From NCBI RefSeq assembly GCF_900095195.1, contig NZ_LT606950.1:300001-332000 (forward strand): 32,000 nt of DNA, given 5' to 3'. Positions 17,353 to 28,465 of this stretch are shown one piece after another (the stretch's first letter is position 1; every line of letters begins with the position of its first letter). Below the pieces are notes generated by a model. That model had not been told where the DNA came from and searched no databases. It saw nothing but the letters and a program-made list of their open reading frames with translations. A program made the position numbers and the translations under genes. Source of the stretch: Polynucleobacter necessarius (lineage in GTDB: Bacteria > Pseudomonadota > Gammaproteobacteria > Burkholderiales > Burkholderiaceae).

Positions 17353-18335
17353 GTATTTTTGCGAGAGTAGCTGGAACAGGAAGTTATCTTCCGGCGCAAC
17401 GTTTAACGAATCAAGACCTAGTGGAGCGTTTAGCAAAATCGGGTTTAGAGACTAGCGATGAGTGGATTACGACGCGCAGCGGAATTTCGGCGCGCCATTT
17501 TGCTGCCGATCACGAACTAACCAGTGATTTGGCAGTCAAAGCAGCGCAAGCAGCGCTGACTAGCGCGGGCATCACTTCCAAGGATATCGATCTGATTATT
17601 TTGGCAACCTCGACTCCAGATCATTTGGGTGGTTTTCCGAGTACTGCTTGCGTCGTGCAAGATAAATTAGGTGCTCATACTTCTTGCGCCGTATTTGATG
17701 TGCAAGCAGTTTGCGCGGGATTTATGTATGCATTAGCTACAGCAGATGCATTTATTCGGACAAGCGCATACAAAAAAGTATTGGTAATTGGTGCCGAAAC
17801 ATTTTCTCGCATCTTGGATTTTCAGGATCGTGGCACCTGTGTTCTCTTTGGTGATGGTGCAGGTGCAGTAGTGCTTGAGGCCTCTACTAAAGCTGGTATT
17901 TTGTCGTCTGCATTGCATGCTGACGGTAGTCAACGCGATATTTTGTGCGTTCCGGGTCGCGCAGGTAATGGCGTTGTTCATGGTTCACCATTTATGACGA
18001 TGGACGGTCAAGCTGTCTTTAAGTTAGCAGTGAAAGTGTTAGAGCAAGTTGCGCATGAAGCGCTGGAAAAAGCCAAACTCAAACCTGAACAGATTGATTG
18101 GTTAGTCCCACATCAGGCAAACATTCGTATCATGGAGGGCACTGCTAAGAAGATGGGCATATCAATGGATAAAGTGATTGTGACAGTACATGAGCATGGC
18201 AACACATCCGCAGCATCGATCCCATTGGCTCTTGACGCAGGTGTTCGCTCTGGCCAAATTCAACGTGGTCATCACCTCTTGTTAGAGGGTGTTGGCGGTG
18301 GTTTTGCTTGGGGCGCGGTTGCTTTGAAGTATTAA
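17349..18335 (+). CDS. fabH: 3-oxoacyl-ACP synthase III
   Basis: 328 aa with the active-site Cys context ([14 protein letters not shown]), HQANIRI and [12 protein letters not shown]. The ATGA overlaps the plsX stop. Confidence 0.95.
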   Translation: MSIFARVAGTGSYLPAQRLTNQDLVERLAKSGLETSDEWITTRSGISARHFAADHELTSDLAVKAAQAALTSAGITSKDIDLIILATSTPDHLGGFPSTACVVQDKLGAHTSCAVFDVQAVCAGFMYALATADAFIRTSAYKKVLVIGAETFSRILDFQDRGTCVLFGDGAGAVVLEASTKAGILSSALHADGSQRDILCVPGRAGNGVVHGSPFMTMDGQAVFKLAVKVLEQVAHEALEKAKLKPEQIDWLVPHQANIRIMEGTAKKMGISMDKVIVTVHEHGNTSAASIPLALDAGVRSGQIQRGHHLLLEGVGGGFAWGAVALKY

Positions 18336-18406
18336 TTCTCTCCAATGGTTTTCAGTTCGCGTTAATCCGTATTTAATCGATTCCAATTCTTTACTAAATT
18401 CACCCT

Positions 18407-19315
18407 ATGACATTTGCATTCGTTTTCCCAGGACAAGGCTCTCAATCTGTTGGCATGCTCAGTTCCATTGCTGAGCGCCCCGAAGTGCGAGCAACATTGC
18501 AAGAGGCTTCCGAGGCTTTGGGTGAGGATGTGGCGAAATTAATCGCTGAAGGTCCTGCCGAAGCATTGTCATTAACTACGAACACCCAACCAGTAATGCT
18601 GACTGCAGCGATTGCGTTTTATCGCGCATGGCTAGCAGCGGGAGGCCCTGTTCCAAAGGTCATGGCAGGCCACAGCTTGGGTGAGTACTCAGCCTTAGTT
18701 GCCGCTGGCGTGATTTCGTTTAAAGATGCCGTTCCCTTGGTGCGTTTTCGTGCTGAAGCGATGCAGACGGCTGTGCCTGTCGGTACCGGCGGCATGGCTG
18801 CCATTTTGGGTTTGGATGACGCAACTGTGATTCAAGTGTGCGCGCAAGCGAGCGCTGAATCAGGCGGGGTTGTCGAGGCAGCGAACTTTAATGCACCCGG
18901 CCAAGTAGTCATAGCTGGTGCAAGTGATGCTGTAGCAAAAGCATGCGAACTTTTAAAAGTAGCGGGTGCTAAACGTGCGTTGCCGTTGCCAGTATCTGCA
19001 CCATTCCATTCTTCTTTATTGCAGCCTGCTTCTGAAAAGCTCAAGGGCTATTTAGCCAACATTGAATTTAAAGCACCTACTATTTCTGTAATCAATAACG
19101 TGGATGTAGAAATTCTGAATGATCCTGCGGCAATCAAAGATGCTTTAGTGCGTCAAGCGGCTAAACCGGTTCGCTGGCAAGAAACCATTCAAGCGATGGT
19201 GGGTCAAGGGGTTAATCAAGTCGTGGAGTGCGGCCCTGGAAAAGTATTAGCCGGTTTGACTAAGCGTATTAATGACCAGGTGACTGGCGTGCCAGTATTT
19301 GAGAGGCGAGCTTGA
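18407..19315 (+). CDS. fabD: Malonyl-CoA-ACP transacylase, with a possibly altered C-terminus
   Basis: 302 aa with FVFPGQGSQSVGM, GHSLGEYSALV and SAPFHSSLL. The last residues (..VPVFERRA*) look remodelled; see the fabD finding. Confidence 0.9.
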   Translation: MTFAFVFPGQGSQSVGMLSSIAERPEVRATLQEASEALGEDVAKLIAEGPAEALSLTTNTQPVMLTAAIAFYRAWLAAGGPVPKVMAGHSLGEYSALVAAGVISFKDAVPLVRFRAEAMQTAVPVGTGGMAAILGLDDATVIQVCAQASAESGGVVEAANFNAPGQVVIAGASDAVAKACELLKVAGAKRALPLPVSAPFHSSLLQPASEKLKGYLANIEFKAPTISVINNVDVEILNDPAAIKDALVRQAAKPVRWQETIQAMVGQGVNQVVECGPGKVLAGLTKRINDQVTGVPVFERRA

Positions 19316-19381
19316 ATGAAGTGCTTGCTAGCTTAAAGTAAAAATAAAACACAGTATCAATAAAACACAGCGAAAGACATT

Positions 19382-20125
19382 ATGAATCTCGACCTCAGCG
19401 GACAAATTGCCTTAGTCACTGGAGCTTCACGCGGTATCGGGCAGGCTATTGCAGATGAGTTAGTAAAGTGTGGCGCCAAAGTAATTGGTACCGCTACTTC
19501 TACCGATGGAGCCAGCGCTATCGATGCGCGTTTAAAACCTGCTGGCGGTGCTGGCTTGGTATTGAATGTCACTGCGCCTAATGCTTGCGAAGAAATTATT
19601 GATCGCATCGTGAAGAAGTATGGCGGCACTCATATTTTGGTGAATAACGCAGGCATCACGCGCGATAACTTAGCAATGCGCATGAAATCCGAAGAGTGGT
19701 CTGATGTCATCGATACGAACCTGAGTTCAGTATTTCGGTTATCCCAAGCAGCGCTTCGTCCAATGACGAAAGCACGTGGTGGTCGCATCATTAACATCAC
19801 ATCCATCGTGGGCCATATGGGTAATCCTGGTCAGGCAAATTACGCTGCAGCAAAGTCTGGTGTTTCTGGAATGACGCGCGCCTTAGCTCGCGAAATTGGC
19901 AGTCGTAACATCACGGTGAATTGCGTAGCTCCCGGATTTATCGATACCGATATGACTAGGGCACTGAGTGAAGAGCAGCAAAATGCACTAAAAGTGAACA
20001 TCCCGTTGGCGCGTTTGGGTAGCCCTGAGGATGTCGCCCAAGCTGTGGCATTTTTAGCCTCTCCAGCAGCGGGGTACATTACGGGTAATACCCTACATGT
20101 CAATGGCGGGCTCTATCTGGCCTAA
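19382..20125 (+). CDS. fabG: 3-oxoacyl-ACP reductase
   Basis: 247 aa with TGASRGIGQAIA, NNAGITRD and the YAAAKSG catalytic motif of the SDR family. Confidence 0.95.
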   Translation: MNLDLSGQIALVTGASRGIGQAIADELVKCGAKVIGTATSTDGASAIDARLKPAGGAGLVLNVTAPNACEEIIDRIVKKYGGTHILVNNAGITRDNLAMRMKSEEWSDVIDTNLSSVFRLSQAALRPMTKARGGRIINITSIVGHMGNPGQANYAAAKSGVSGMTRALAREIGSRNITVNCVAPGFIDTDMTRALSEEQQNALKVNIPLARLGSPEDVAQAVAFLASPAAGYITGNTLHVNGGLYLA

Positions 20126-20227
20126 CGGCAAAACGCGGATTTGGTCATTTTTTGGCGGTTTTGCTAATTACGTCCGCCAAACTGATAAAATCCTTCCATC
20201 GTTTTTTTACAACCCTTGGGGGACTTA

Positions 20228-20467
20228 ATGGATAACATCGAACAACGCGTTAAGAAAATCGTCGCTGAGCAATTGGGCGTCGCTGAAGGAGATATCAAGA
20301 ATGATTCTTCTTTTGTGAATGACCTGGGCGCTGACTCTCTTGACACTGTTGAGTTGGTAATGGCTTTGGAAGATGAATTCGGCATCGAAATTCCTGATGA
20401 GGAAGCTGAAAAGATCACCACCGTTCAACTCGCGATCGACTTCGCTAAATCAAAAGCTCAGGGTTAA
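20228..20467 (+). CDS. acpP: Acyl carrier protein
   Basis: [18 protein letters not shown]...[35 protein letters not shown], with the DSLD phosphopantetheine attachment site. Start taken at the Met at 20228. Confidence 0.96.
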   Translation: MDNIEQRVKKIVAEQLGVAEGDIKNDSSFVNDLGADSLDTVELVMALEDEFGIEIPDEEAEKITTVQLAIDFAKSKAQG

Positions 20468-20488
20468 TTCCCAAGCTTACGCATTACT

Positions 20489-21736
20489 GTGTCAGCATCA
20501 AATGGCCGACGCCGGATAGTAGTCACCGGCCTTGGCCTCATCTCACCTGTTGGTAATTCTGTTGATGTAGCTTGGTCTAATTTGCTTGCGGGCAAATCGG
20601 GCATTGCTACGATCACCAAGTTCGACCACGCTCCACTTAGCGTTCATTTCGCTGGAGAGGTGAAAGATTTCAATGTCGAAGAATATGTTTCTGCCAAGGA
20701 AGCGCGCCATATGGATACGTTTATCCATTACGGTATCGCCGCTGGCACGCAAGCTATTCGCGACAGTGGCCTGAAAGTAACCGATCAGAACGCCGAGCGT
20801 GTTGGCGTCATGGTTGGCTCAGGCATTGGCGGTTTGCCCATGATTGAAGAGACGAGCGCCGAGCATTTAGCCCGCGGTCCTCGTCGTATCTCACCATTCT
20901 TTGTGCCAGGATCAATCATTAATATGATTTCTGGGCACCTCAGTATTTTGTTTGGACTAAAAGGCCCTACCATTGCGGCTGTTACTGCATGCACAACAGG
21001 TTTGCACAGCATTGGTTTGGCTGCGCGTCTGATTCAGTACGGTGATGCTGATGTCATGATTGCTGGCGGCGCCGAATCCACTATCTCCCCGTTGGGTGTT
21101 GGTGGCTTTGCTGCTGCGCGAGCACTCTCAACACGCAATGATGACCCTGCTACTGCTTCACGTCCCTGGGATAAGGACCGCGATGGTTTTGTGCTTGGTG
21201 AAGGTGCTGGCGTAGTGGTGTTAGAAGAATATGAGCACGCAAAGGCACGTGGCGCGAAGATTTATTGTGAGCTCAAAGGTTTTGGTATGAGTGGTGACGC
21301 GTACCACATGACTGCTCCCAATATGGATGGTCCGCGTCGTTGCATGGTCAATGCAATGCGTGACGCTGGCATTAACCCAGATCAAATCCAATATTTAAAT
21401 GCTCACGGTACTTCGACCCCATTGGGCGACAAAAATGAAACGGATGCTATCAAAGCGGCGTTGGGAGACCATGCCAAAAAAGCATTGATTAATTCCACTA
21501 AGTCGATGACTGGCCACCTATTGGGTGGGGCGGGGGGCTTGGAGTCGGTTTTCACGATTCTGGCGTTTCATCACCAGAAATCACCCCCTACCATCAATAT
21601 CTTCAACCAAGATCCTGAGTGCGACTTGGACTACTGCGCCAATTCCGCCAGAGATGTGAAGATTGACCATGCAGTCAAAAACAACTTTGGCTTTGGTGGT
21701 ACTAACGGCACCTTGATTTTTGGTAAGCTGACCTAA
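20489..21736 (+). CDS. fabF: 3-oxoacyl-ACP synthase II
   Basis: 415 aa with a GTG start, [16 protein letters not shown], the active-site [24 protein letters not shown] and [10 protein letters not shown]. Confidence 0.95.
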   Translation: MSASNGRRRIVVTGLGLISPVGNSVDVAWSNLLAGKSGIATITKFDHAPLSVHFAGEVKDFNVEEYVSAKEARHMDTFIHYGIAAGTQAIRDSGLKVTDQNAERVGVMVGSGIGGLPMIEETSAEHLARGPRRISPFFVPGSIINMISGHLSILFGLKGPTIAAVTACTTGLHSIGLAARLIQYGDADVMIAGGAESTISPLGVGGFAAARALSTRNDDPATASRPWDKDRDGFVLGEGAGVVVLEEYEHAKARGAKIYCELKGFGMSGDAYHMTAPNMDGPRRCMVNAMRDAGINPDQIQYLNAHGTSTPLGDKNETDAIKAALGDHAKKALINSTKSMTGHLLGGAGGLESVFTILAFHHQKSPPTINIFNQDPECDLDYCANSARDVKIDHAVKNNFGFGGTNGTLIFGKLT

Positions 21737-21785
21737 TACTCTCTTTATCACCATTTTTTGGTTTTTACCAAGTAGGTCACGCATT

Positions 21786-23228
21786 ATGAAAAAGCACTTA
21801 ATTGCGCTCATGACTGTTTTGAGTCTGGGGCAAATGTCATTTATTGCGCCAGCCGTTGCGCAAAATCCTCGCGTCACTATTCCGGACTTTGCGGATTTGG
21901 TTGAGCGCGCTAGTCCCGCTGTAGTAAATATTCGGACGACTGAAAAGGTCATGGTGCAGCAGCAAAGCGGCATTCCAGGAATGCCAGAGGATCAAGCAGA
22001 ATTTTTTCGCCGTTTCTTTGGTGTGCCTATTCCAGGCATTCCGAATGGTCCTAAACAATCTCAGCCAAATTCGGGCAAGCCGCAAGAAGCGGAGCGTGGT
22101 GTTGGTTCAGGTTTTATTATCGAATCAAACGGTTTAATTTTGACGAATGCACACGTTGTGGAGGGTGCGACAACGATCTATGTCACGCTGACAGATAAAC
22201 GTGAGTTCAAAGCGAAGTTGCTTGGCATGGATAAGCGCACGGATGTCGCGGTAGTCAAGATTGATGCTCGTGAATTGCCCAAGCTTACTTTGGGCGACTC
22301 ATCAAAAGTGCGTGTTGGCGAATGGGTATTAGCGATTGGCTCCCCGTTTGGTCTAGAAAATACTGTGACGGCTGGCATTGTGTCTGCCAAGAGTCGAGAC
22401 ACTGGCGACTATCTCCCATTTATTCAAACGGACGTTGCGGTTAATCCCGGAAACTCTGGTGGCCCCTTATTAAATACTGCCGGTCAGGTGATTGGCATTA
22501 ATTCTCAGATCTTTAGCCGTTCCGGTGGCTACATGGGAATCTCCTTTGCCATTCCAATTGACGAAGCTATGCGAGTAGCTGATCAACTGCGCACAAATGG
22601 AAAAATGACACGTGGTCGTATTGGTGTGGCGCTTGGTGAAATGACAAAAGATGTTGCTGAGAGTTTAGGTCTCGGTAAGCCGCGAGGCGCCTATGTGCGT
22701 AACGTTGAACCAGGTGGACCAGCGGCAGCAGGTGGTATTGAGTCCGGCGATGTGATTTTAAGTTTCAATGGTCGTGATATTGCTAAGTCGACGGACCTGC
22801 CGCGTATCGTTGGCGATACAAAACTGGGCACCTCGGTTCCAGTGCAAGTGTGGCGCAAAGGTGCTACGCGTGAATTAACGGTCACCGTTACCGACATGGA
22901 GTCAGCGCAGGTTGCGAAAAAAGCCGATGCTTCAGCGGGTGGCGGAGGTAGTGCGAATTCTATGGGTGTGATCGTCACCGATGTTTCAGACGCCAAAAAG
23001 AAGGAGCTCAACATCAGAGGCGGCGTTGAGGTGACTGGCTTAGGTGACGGTCCCTTGGCTAGAGCGGGCGCTCGCCCTGGGGACGTGATTATTCGGGTGG
23101 CCGATACCGATATTTCGGGAGTAAAGCAGTTTGAGGCTCTGGTTAAAGGCTTGGATCCCAACAAGGCGGTTGCAGTCTTTATTCGCCGGGCTGATAGCAC
23201 TCTGGTCGTACCGGTTCGACCAAAATAA
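21786..23228 (+). CDS. Periplasmic HtrA-family serine endoprotease (DegP/DegQ/MucD-like) with two PDZ domains
   Basis: 480 aa with a signal peptide (..APAVAQN), the triad contexts TNAHVV, DVAVVKI and GNSGGPLLN, and two PDZ-like C-terminal segments. Confidence 0.92.
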   Translation: MKKHLIALMTVLSLGQMSFIAPAVAQNPRVTIPDFADLVERASPAVVNIRTTEKVMVQQQSGIPGMPEDQAEFFRRFFGVPIPGIPNGPKQSQPNSGKPQEAERGVGSGFIIESNGLILTNAHVVEGATTIYVTLTDKREFKAKLLGMDKRTDVAVVKIDARELPKLTLGDSSKVRVGEWVLAIGSPFGLENTVTAGIVSAKSRDTGDYLPFIQTDVAVNPGNSGGPLLNTAGQVIGINSQIFSRSGGYMGISFAIPIDEAMRVADQLRTNGKMTRGRIGVALGEMTKDVAESLGLGKPRGAYVRNVEPGGPAAAGGIESGDVILSFNGRDIAKSTDLPRIVGDTKLGTSVPVQVWRKGATRELTVTVTDMESAQVAKKADASAGGGGSANSMGVIVTDVSDAKKKELNIRGGVEVTGLGDGPLARAGARPGDVIIRVADTDISGVKQFEALVKGLDPNKAVAVFIRRADSTLVVPVRPK

Positions 23229-23364
23229 GCCCTTTTTTGGGTAAAAAATGGGGTTTGGCGCCTTTTGGGCGCCACCCATTACAATCCCTTTAAGATGGCT
23301 TTTTGCAGCGCATCATTGTGGTGCGTTCTGACAAGGCGTTTTTGGAATCACTGAATAAGACGCT

Positions 23365-25170
23365 ATGGATTTAATCCGCAATTTTTCTATCATCGCCCAT
23401 ATTGATCACGGCAAATCAACGCTTGCGGATCGCATTATTCAACTCTCCGGTGGTCTCTCTGATCGCGAAATGGAAGCCCAAGTACTCGATTCGATGGATA
23501 TCGAGCGAGAGCGTGGCATCACGATTAAAGCGCAAACAGCAGCGCTAAATTACAAGGCGAAGGACGGCAAGACTTACAACATCAATTTGATTGACACCCC
23601 GGGACACGTTGATTTTTCTTATGAGGTGAGTCGGTCTTTGTCTGCCTGTGAGGGTGCTTTATTAGTTGTCGATGCCAGTCAAGGTGTTGAGGCTCAAACA
23701 GTTGCAAATTGCTACATGGCCCTTGAGCTCGGTGTTGAAGTGGTTCCCGTTCTGAACAAGATTGATTTGCCACAAGCCGATCCTGATCGCGCGAAGAAAG
23801 AAATTGAAGATGTCATTGGTATTGATGCATCGGAAGCGGTCACTTGTTCGGCCAAGACAGGTATGGGCGTTGCGGATGTCATTGAAGAAATGATTGCGAA
23901 AGTGCCACCGCCAAAAGGTGACGCAGCAGCGCCCCTGCAGGCGTTGATTATTGACTCTTGGTTTGATAACTATGTTGGTGTTGTCATGTTGATTCGGGTT
24001 GCGAATGGCACCCTAAAACCAAAAGAAAAAATTACATTGATAGCCAATGGCTCAACCCATTTGGTAGAGCATGTTGGCGTGTTTAGCCCGAAATCGGTAG
24101 ATCGTCCTGAGCTTTCTGCGGGTCAAGTGGGCTTCGTGATTGCCGGTATTAAAGAATTAAAAGCGGCAAAAGTGGGTGATACCGTTACGCACGCTTCTGG
24201 ACAGCAAGGGCGCGTTCCTGCGGCTGAACCTTTGCCCGGTTTTAAAGAGGTGAAACCACAAGTCTTCGCTGGTTTGTACCCAGTCGAGGCAAGTGAATAC
24301 GATCAGTTACGCGAGTCGCTGGAAAAACTCAAGCTCAATGACGCATCCCTCTTATATGAGCCTGAGGTATCTCAAGCTTTAGGATTTGGTTTCCGATGCG
24401 GTTTCTTGGGTTTGCTCCACATGGAGATCGTCCAAGAACGCTTAGAGCGCCAGTACGGGATGAACTTAATTACGACTGCGCCAACTGTTGTCTATCAAGT
24501 TGAGCAGTCGGATGGCACCACCATCATGGTGGATAACCCATCCAAGATGCCTGAGGTCAGCAAGATCGATACTATCTTGGAGCCGATCGTTACCGTGAAT
24601 CTTTACATGCCTCAAGAGTATGTGGGTTCGGTGATTACGCTGTGTGTTGGCAAGCGGGGTATTCAGACGGGGATGAACTATTTGGGTCGCCAGGTTCAGT
24701 TAACGTATGAATTGCCAATGGCCGAGATCGTGTTGGATTTCTTTGACAGACTGAAATCGATTTCACGTGGTTATGCCTCGATGGATTATGAGTTTAAGGG
24801 GTATCGACCTGCCGATGTGGTGAAGGTGGATATCTTGATTAACGGCGATCGTGTAGATGCATTGTCCGTGATTGTTCATAGATGTAATAGTCAGTCACGT
24901 GGCCGAGAAGTGGTTTCTAAAATGCGCGGCATTATTCCTCGTCAGATGTTTGATGTCGTTATTCAAGCGGCGATTGGTAGCAATATCGTCGCGCGTGAAA
25001 ATGTGAAAGCATTGCGCAAGAACGTTTTGGCAAAGTGTTATGGCGGTGATATTTCTCGTAAGCGCAAACTCCTGGAGAAGCAAAAAGAGGGTAAGAAGCG
25101 CATGAAGCAAGTAGGTAACGTAGAGATACCGCAGGAAGCTTTCCTGGCAATTTTGCAGGTGGAAGAATAA
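23365..25170 (+). CDS. lepA: Elongation factor 4 (translational GTPase LepA)
   Basis: 601 aa with [32 protein letters not shown] and the characteristic LepA C-terminal domain. Confidence 0.96.
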   Translation: MDLIRNFSIIAHIDHGKSTLADRIIQLSGGLSDREMEAQVLDSMDIERERGITIKAQTAALNYKAKDGKTYNINLIDTPGHVDFSYEVSRSLSACEGALLVVDASQGVEAQTVANCYMALELGVEVVPVLNKIDLPQADPDRAKKEIEDVIGIDASEAVTCSAKTGMGVADVIEEMIAKVPPPKGDAAAPLQALIIDSWFDNYVGVVMLIRVANGTLKPKEKITLIANGSTHLVEHVGVFSPKSVDRPELSAGQVGFVIAGIKELKAAKVGDTVTHASGQQGRVPAAEPLPGFKEVKPQVFAGLYPVEASEYDQLRESLEKLKLNDASLLYEPEVSQALGFGFRCGFLGLLHMEIVQERLERQYGMNLITTAPTVVYQVEQSDGTTIMVDNPSKMPEVSKIDTILEPIVTVNLYMPQEYVGSVITLCVGKRGIQTGMNYLGRQVQLTYELPMAEIVLDFFDRLKSISRGYASMDYEFKGYRPADVVKVDILINGDRVDALSVIVHRCNSQSRGREVVSKMRGIIPRQMFDVVIQAAIGSNIVARENVKALRKNVLAKCYGGDISRKRKLLEKQKEGKKRMKQVGNVEIPQEAFLAILQVEE

Positions 25171-25976
25171 TGAATTTTGCGCTGATCCTCTTTATCTTGG
25201 TGATCGTCTCAAGTGTTGCCTGGGTAGCTGACAGAATGTACTTCGCCCCCCAGCGCAAGCTAGCTGGTATTGATCGTATGCCGCCTTGGCTGGAATACAC
25301 AGCTGGATTCTTTCCAGTGATTTGCGCAGTTTTTGTATTGCGGTCTTTCATTGTGGAGCCATTCAAGATTCCATCAGGATCGATGATTCCAACACTGCAA
25401 ATTGGCGACTTTATTTTGGTCAATAAGTTCACTTACGGTATTCGCTTGCCAGTTATTAACCAAAAAGTGGTTGATCTGGGATCGCCCAAGCGTGGTGACG
25501 TAATTGTGTTTCGTTACCCACGTGACGAATCCGTTGATTACATCAAGCGTGTAGTAGCTATTCCTGGCGACGTCATTACGTACCAAGATAAACGCTTAAT
25601 CATCAATGATCAGCCCTTGCAATACAGTGGCGGTGAAGCTTATCTCGATCCTGAGAATATGCGTTACGCCAAACGCTATACCGAAACATTTCCGGTAGAT
25701 TTGGGCGGTAATCGTCACGAGATTCTGAATGATCCTGATCGTCCAGCAACTGTATTTCCAACAGAGCGTTTCCCAGGTGCTGAGTTTTGCCAATACCAAC
25801 CCTCAGGCTTAACGTGTAAGGTGCTACCAGGCCACTACTTCGCGATGGGTGATAACCGTGATAACAGCGCGGACTCCCGCTACTGGGGTTTTGTGCCTGA
25901 TAAGAACATTGTTGGACGAGCCTTCTTTGTTTGGCTTAATCTGGGCAATCTGGGCCGCATCGGTGGCTTTGAGTAA
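25170..25976 (+). CDS. lepB: Signal peptidase I
   Basis: 268 aa with PSGSMIPTL (catalytic Ser), YIKRVVAIPGD (Lys) and GDNRDNSADSRYWGFVP. Confidence 0.95.
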   Translation: MNFALILFILVIVSSVAWVADRMYFAPQRKLAGIDRMPPWLEYTAGFFPVICAVFVLRSFIVEPFKIPSGSMIPTLQIGDFILVNKFTYGIRLPVINQKVVDLGSPKRGDVIVFRYPRDESVDYIKRVVAIPGDVITYQDKRLIINDQPLQYSGGEAYLDPENMRYAKRYTETFPVDLGGNRHEILNDPDRPATVFPTERFPGAEFCQYQPSGLTCKVLPGHYFAMGDNRDNSADSRYWGFVPDKNIVGRAFFVWLNLGNLGRIGGFE

Positions 25977-26774
25977 ATGATCATGAGTGCGCGCGCCGTT
26001 ATCGAAACCGCACCGTTGCAAAAGCGCCTCGGCTATACCTTTAAGAAGCCTGAGCTTTTGCATCAAGCACTGACTCATCGTAGTCATAGCAAGAAAAATA
26101 ACGAGCGCTTAGAGTTTTTAGGGGATTCCATTCTGAATTGCGTGGTCGCAGACCTTTTGTATGAGCGTTATTCTGATTTAGATGAAGGCGATCTTTCGCG
26201 TGTTCGGGCAAATTTAGTAAAGCAACAAGCTTTATATGAGATTGCTCAGACCTTGTCGTTATCAGACTACCTACGTTTAGGTGAGGGCGAATTGAAAAGT
26301 GGAGGCATCCGTCGCCCCTCCATACTTGCGGATACGCTAGAGGCCGTGACAGGCGCTATCTTTCTCGATGGTGGGTTTGAAGCGGCTAAGGGATGCTTGC
26401 GTAAGCTGTACTCAATTATTCTGGCGCAAGTCGATTCAAAGAGCTTGGGCAAGGATGACAAAACACTACTACAAGAGTGTTTGCAAAGCTATCAACTGCC
26501 CTTGCCAACCTATAACGTTACTGGGACCAGTGGCGCTGCACACAATCAGCAATTTGAGGTGGAGTGTTTAATTCTGAGCTTGAAGGTATCGGTCAAAGGT
26601 GAGGGTGCATCTCGCCGCGCGGCTGAACAGTCAGCTGCCAAGACTGCATTGCTTGCAGTACTCAAGGCCTTGCCACAAGAATCTCGCAAGCCCAAGAAGA
26701 CTCGCTCAGCAAAGAAAAAAGCTGCCAAAAAAGAAGCGACCGAAGGTCAATTAAATCTGAAGCTAAAGGGCTAA
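25977..26774 (+). CDS. rnc: Ribonuclease III, with a Lys-rich C-terminal tail
   Basis: It has the [13 protein letters not shown] signature, a dsRBD (..[30 protein letters not shown]), then [20 protein letters not shown]. Confidence 0.94.
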   Translation: MIMSARAVIETAPLQKRLGYTFKKPELLHQALTHRSHSKKNNERLEFLGDSILNCVVADLLYERYSDLDEGDLSRVRANLVKQQALYEIAQTLSLSDYLRLGEGELKSGGIRRPSILADTLEAVTGAIFLDGGFEAAKGCLRKLYSIILAQVDSKSLGKDDKTLLQECLQSYQLPLPTYNVTGTSGAAHNQQFEVECLILSLKVSVKGEGASRRAAEQSAAKTALLAVLKALPQESRKPKKTRSAKKKAAKKEATEGQLNLKLKG

Positions 26775-26776
26775 TC

Positions 26777-27712
26777 GTGTTTAGATGCGGCACTATCGCC
26801 ATTGTTGGTCGTCCAAACATGGGCAAGTCCACCTTATTGAATGCTTTAGTTGGACAAAAGATCAGCATCACATCGCGTAAAGCGCAAACCACACGTCACC
26901 GAATTCTGGGTGTTCAAAACCGTCCAGAAGCGCAATTTATTTTTATTGATACACCCGGATTTCAGACGCGTTTGATGAATACGCTGAATAAAGCATTGAA
27001 TCGAACGGTGACTACGGCATTGCAAGATGTGAATGTTGCTTGCTTTGTAGTAGAGGCGGGTTATTTTGGCGAGGACGACAAAAAGGTATTAAAGCTGTTG
27101 CCGGATAACTTGCCGGTGGTGTTGGTGTTAAACAAGCTTGATGTTTTCAATAGTCGCTTTCAGACACCGTCAGAGCGTGATCAAGCCTTGCTCAATTTCA
27201 TCAAAGAAATGGCCCAGCCTTGGTGTGCAATCGGCGGTCATGAGGATCAAACGTCCGAGTTTGCGGAAATTGTGCCGATGAGTGCGAAGAGCCCTGGCGA
27301 TATTGAAAGGCTCTTAGATGTGCTGGAGGGATATTTGCCGGGAGGCGAGGCGATTTATGATGAGGATACTGTCACAGATCGTAGTGAGCGCTTCTTGGCT
27401 GCAGAAATTTTGCGAGAAAAAGTTTTTCGTTTTACCGGTGAAGAGTTGCCGTACACCTCAACTGTGGTGATTGATCAGTTCAAGATGGATGGCAAAATGC
27501 GCCGCATCTCCGCCACCATTTTGGTCGATCGTGATAGCCATAAAGCCATGATCATTGGTCAAAAAGGGGAACGTCTTAAAAAGATTTCAACCGATGCCCG
27601 CATCGACATGGAAAAGCTCTTTGATGGAAAAGTCTTTTTAGAGACTTGGGTCAAGGTGAAGCGTGGTTGGGCAGATGATCGCGCTGAATTGCGAGCACAA
27701 GGTCTGGAATAA
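26777..27712 (+). CDS. era: GTPase Era
   Basis: 311 aa with a GTG start, the G1 motif [22 protein letters not shown] and a KH domain (..[13 protein letters not shown]..). Confidence 0.93.
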   Translation: MFRCGTIAIVGRPNMGKSTLLNALVGQKISITSRKAQTTRHRILGVQNRPEAQFIFIDTPGFQTRLMNTLNKALNRTVTTALQDVNVACFVVEAGYFGEDDKKVLKLLPDNLPVVLVLNKLDVFNSRFQTPSERDQALLNFIKEMAQPWCAIGGHEDQTSEFAEIVPMSAKSPGDIERLLDVLEGYLPGGEAIYDEDTVTDRSERFLAAEILREKVFRFTGEELPYTSTVVIDQFKMDGKMRRISATILVDRDSHKAMIIGQKGERLKKISTDARIDMEKLFDGKVFLETWVKVKRGWADDRAELRAQGLE

Positions 27713-27718
27713 AAACTC

Positions 27719-28453
27719 ATGGCTTCGATTTGCATTGCTGACGAGCCTGCTTTTGTATTGCACAGTATTCCCTATAAAGAAACCAGTCTCATATTAGACG
27801 TCTTTACCAGACAGCATGGTCGCATGGCGTTGATCGCAAAAGGTGCAAAACGTCCACATTCAACACTACGCCCAGTCTTACAGCGCTTTCAGCCACTACT
27901 GGTTTCTTGGAGTGGTAAATCGGAATTGCGTACCTTAACTAAATCTGAGTGGGTGGGTGGGATGCCCTCATTGGTTGGTGATGCCTTGCTTTGTGGTTTC
28001 TATCTCAATGAATTATTGGTGAAATTTCTGGCGCGTGAGGATGAGCACGAGAAACTCTACGATCGTTATGCCGAGACAATTAATGCGTTATCGAATCTCG
28101 AATTTGAATCCAAGGGTTTAGAGGAAATTCTGCGTCCTTTCGAACTCTCGCTATTACAAGAGGCTGGCTATGCTGCTGCCCTAGATCGCTGCGTGGAAAC
28201 CAACGATCTTCCAGACGCTGAAACGGAATATGTTTACCAGCCTGAGCGAGGGGTGCGTCCGGCGCAAGCTGATGATCCTGGGCATTGGCCTGTTCTGAAG
28301 GGCCAATCCTTGTTGGCGATTGCGGCAGGTGATTTTTCAGATCTGCAGACTCTTTCTGAGAGTAAGCAATTGATGCGTTTTCTATTGGGTTTGCATTTGC
28401 ATGACCAAGTTTTAACGACACGTCAAATTTTGATAGATCTCAAGAAAATCTAG
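27719..28453 (+). CDS. recO: DNA repair protein RecO
   Basis: 244 aa reading AFVLHSIPYKETSLILDVFTRQHGRMALIAKGAKRP.., the RecO N-terminal OB-fold pattern. It holds the conserved position after era. Confidence 0.88.
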   Translation: MASICIADEPAFVLHSIPYKETSLILDVFTRQHGRMALIAKGAKRPHSTLRPVLQRFQPLLVSWSGKSELRTLTKSEWVGGMPSLVGDALLCGFYLNELLVKFLAREDEHEKLYDRYAETINALSNLEFESKGLEEILRPFELSLLQEAGYAAALDRCVETNDLPDAETEYVYQPERGVRPAQADDPGHWPVLKGQSLLAIAAGDFSDLQTLSESKQLMRFLLGLHLHDQVLTTRQILIDLKKI

Positions 28454-28465
28454 TAATCTATAGGC

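Noticed and set aside
20151-20191. The hairpin TTGGCGG...CCGCCAA, and TTGCTA / GATAAAAT elements, between fabG and acpP, considered as an acpP promoter or attenuator.
   Set aside because: The spacing between the -35-like and -10-like hexamers is 18-19 nt and the hairpin loop is 15 nt. It is plausible but too weak to call by eye.
23256-23274. The hairpin TGGCGCC-ttttg-GGCGCCA after degP, considered as an intrinsic terminator.
   Set aside because: It has a GC-rich 7-bp stem but no T-run follows on the + strand, so it does not meet the usual intrinsic-terminator pattern. I left it uncalled.
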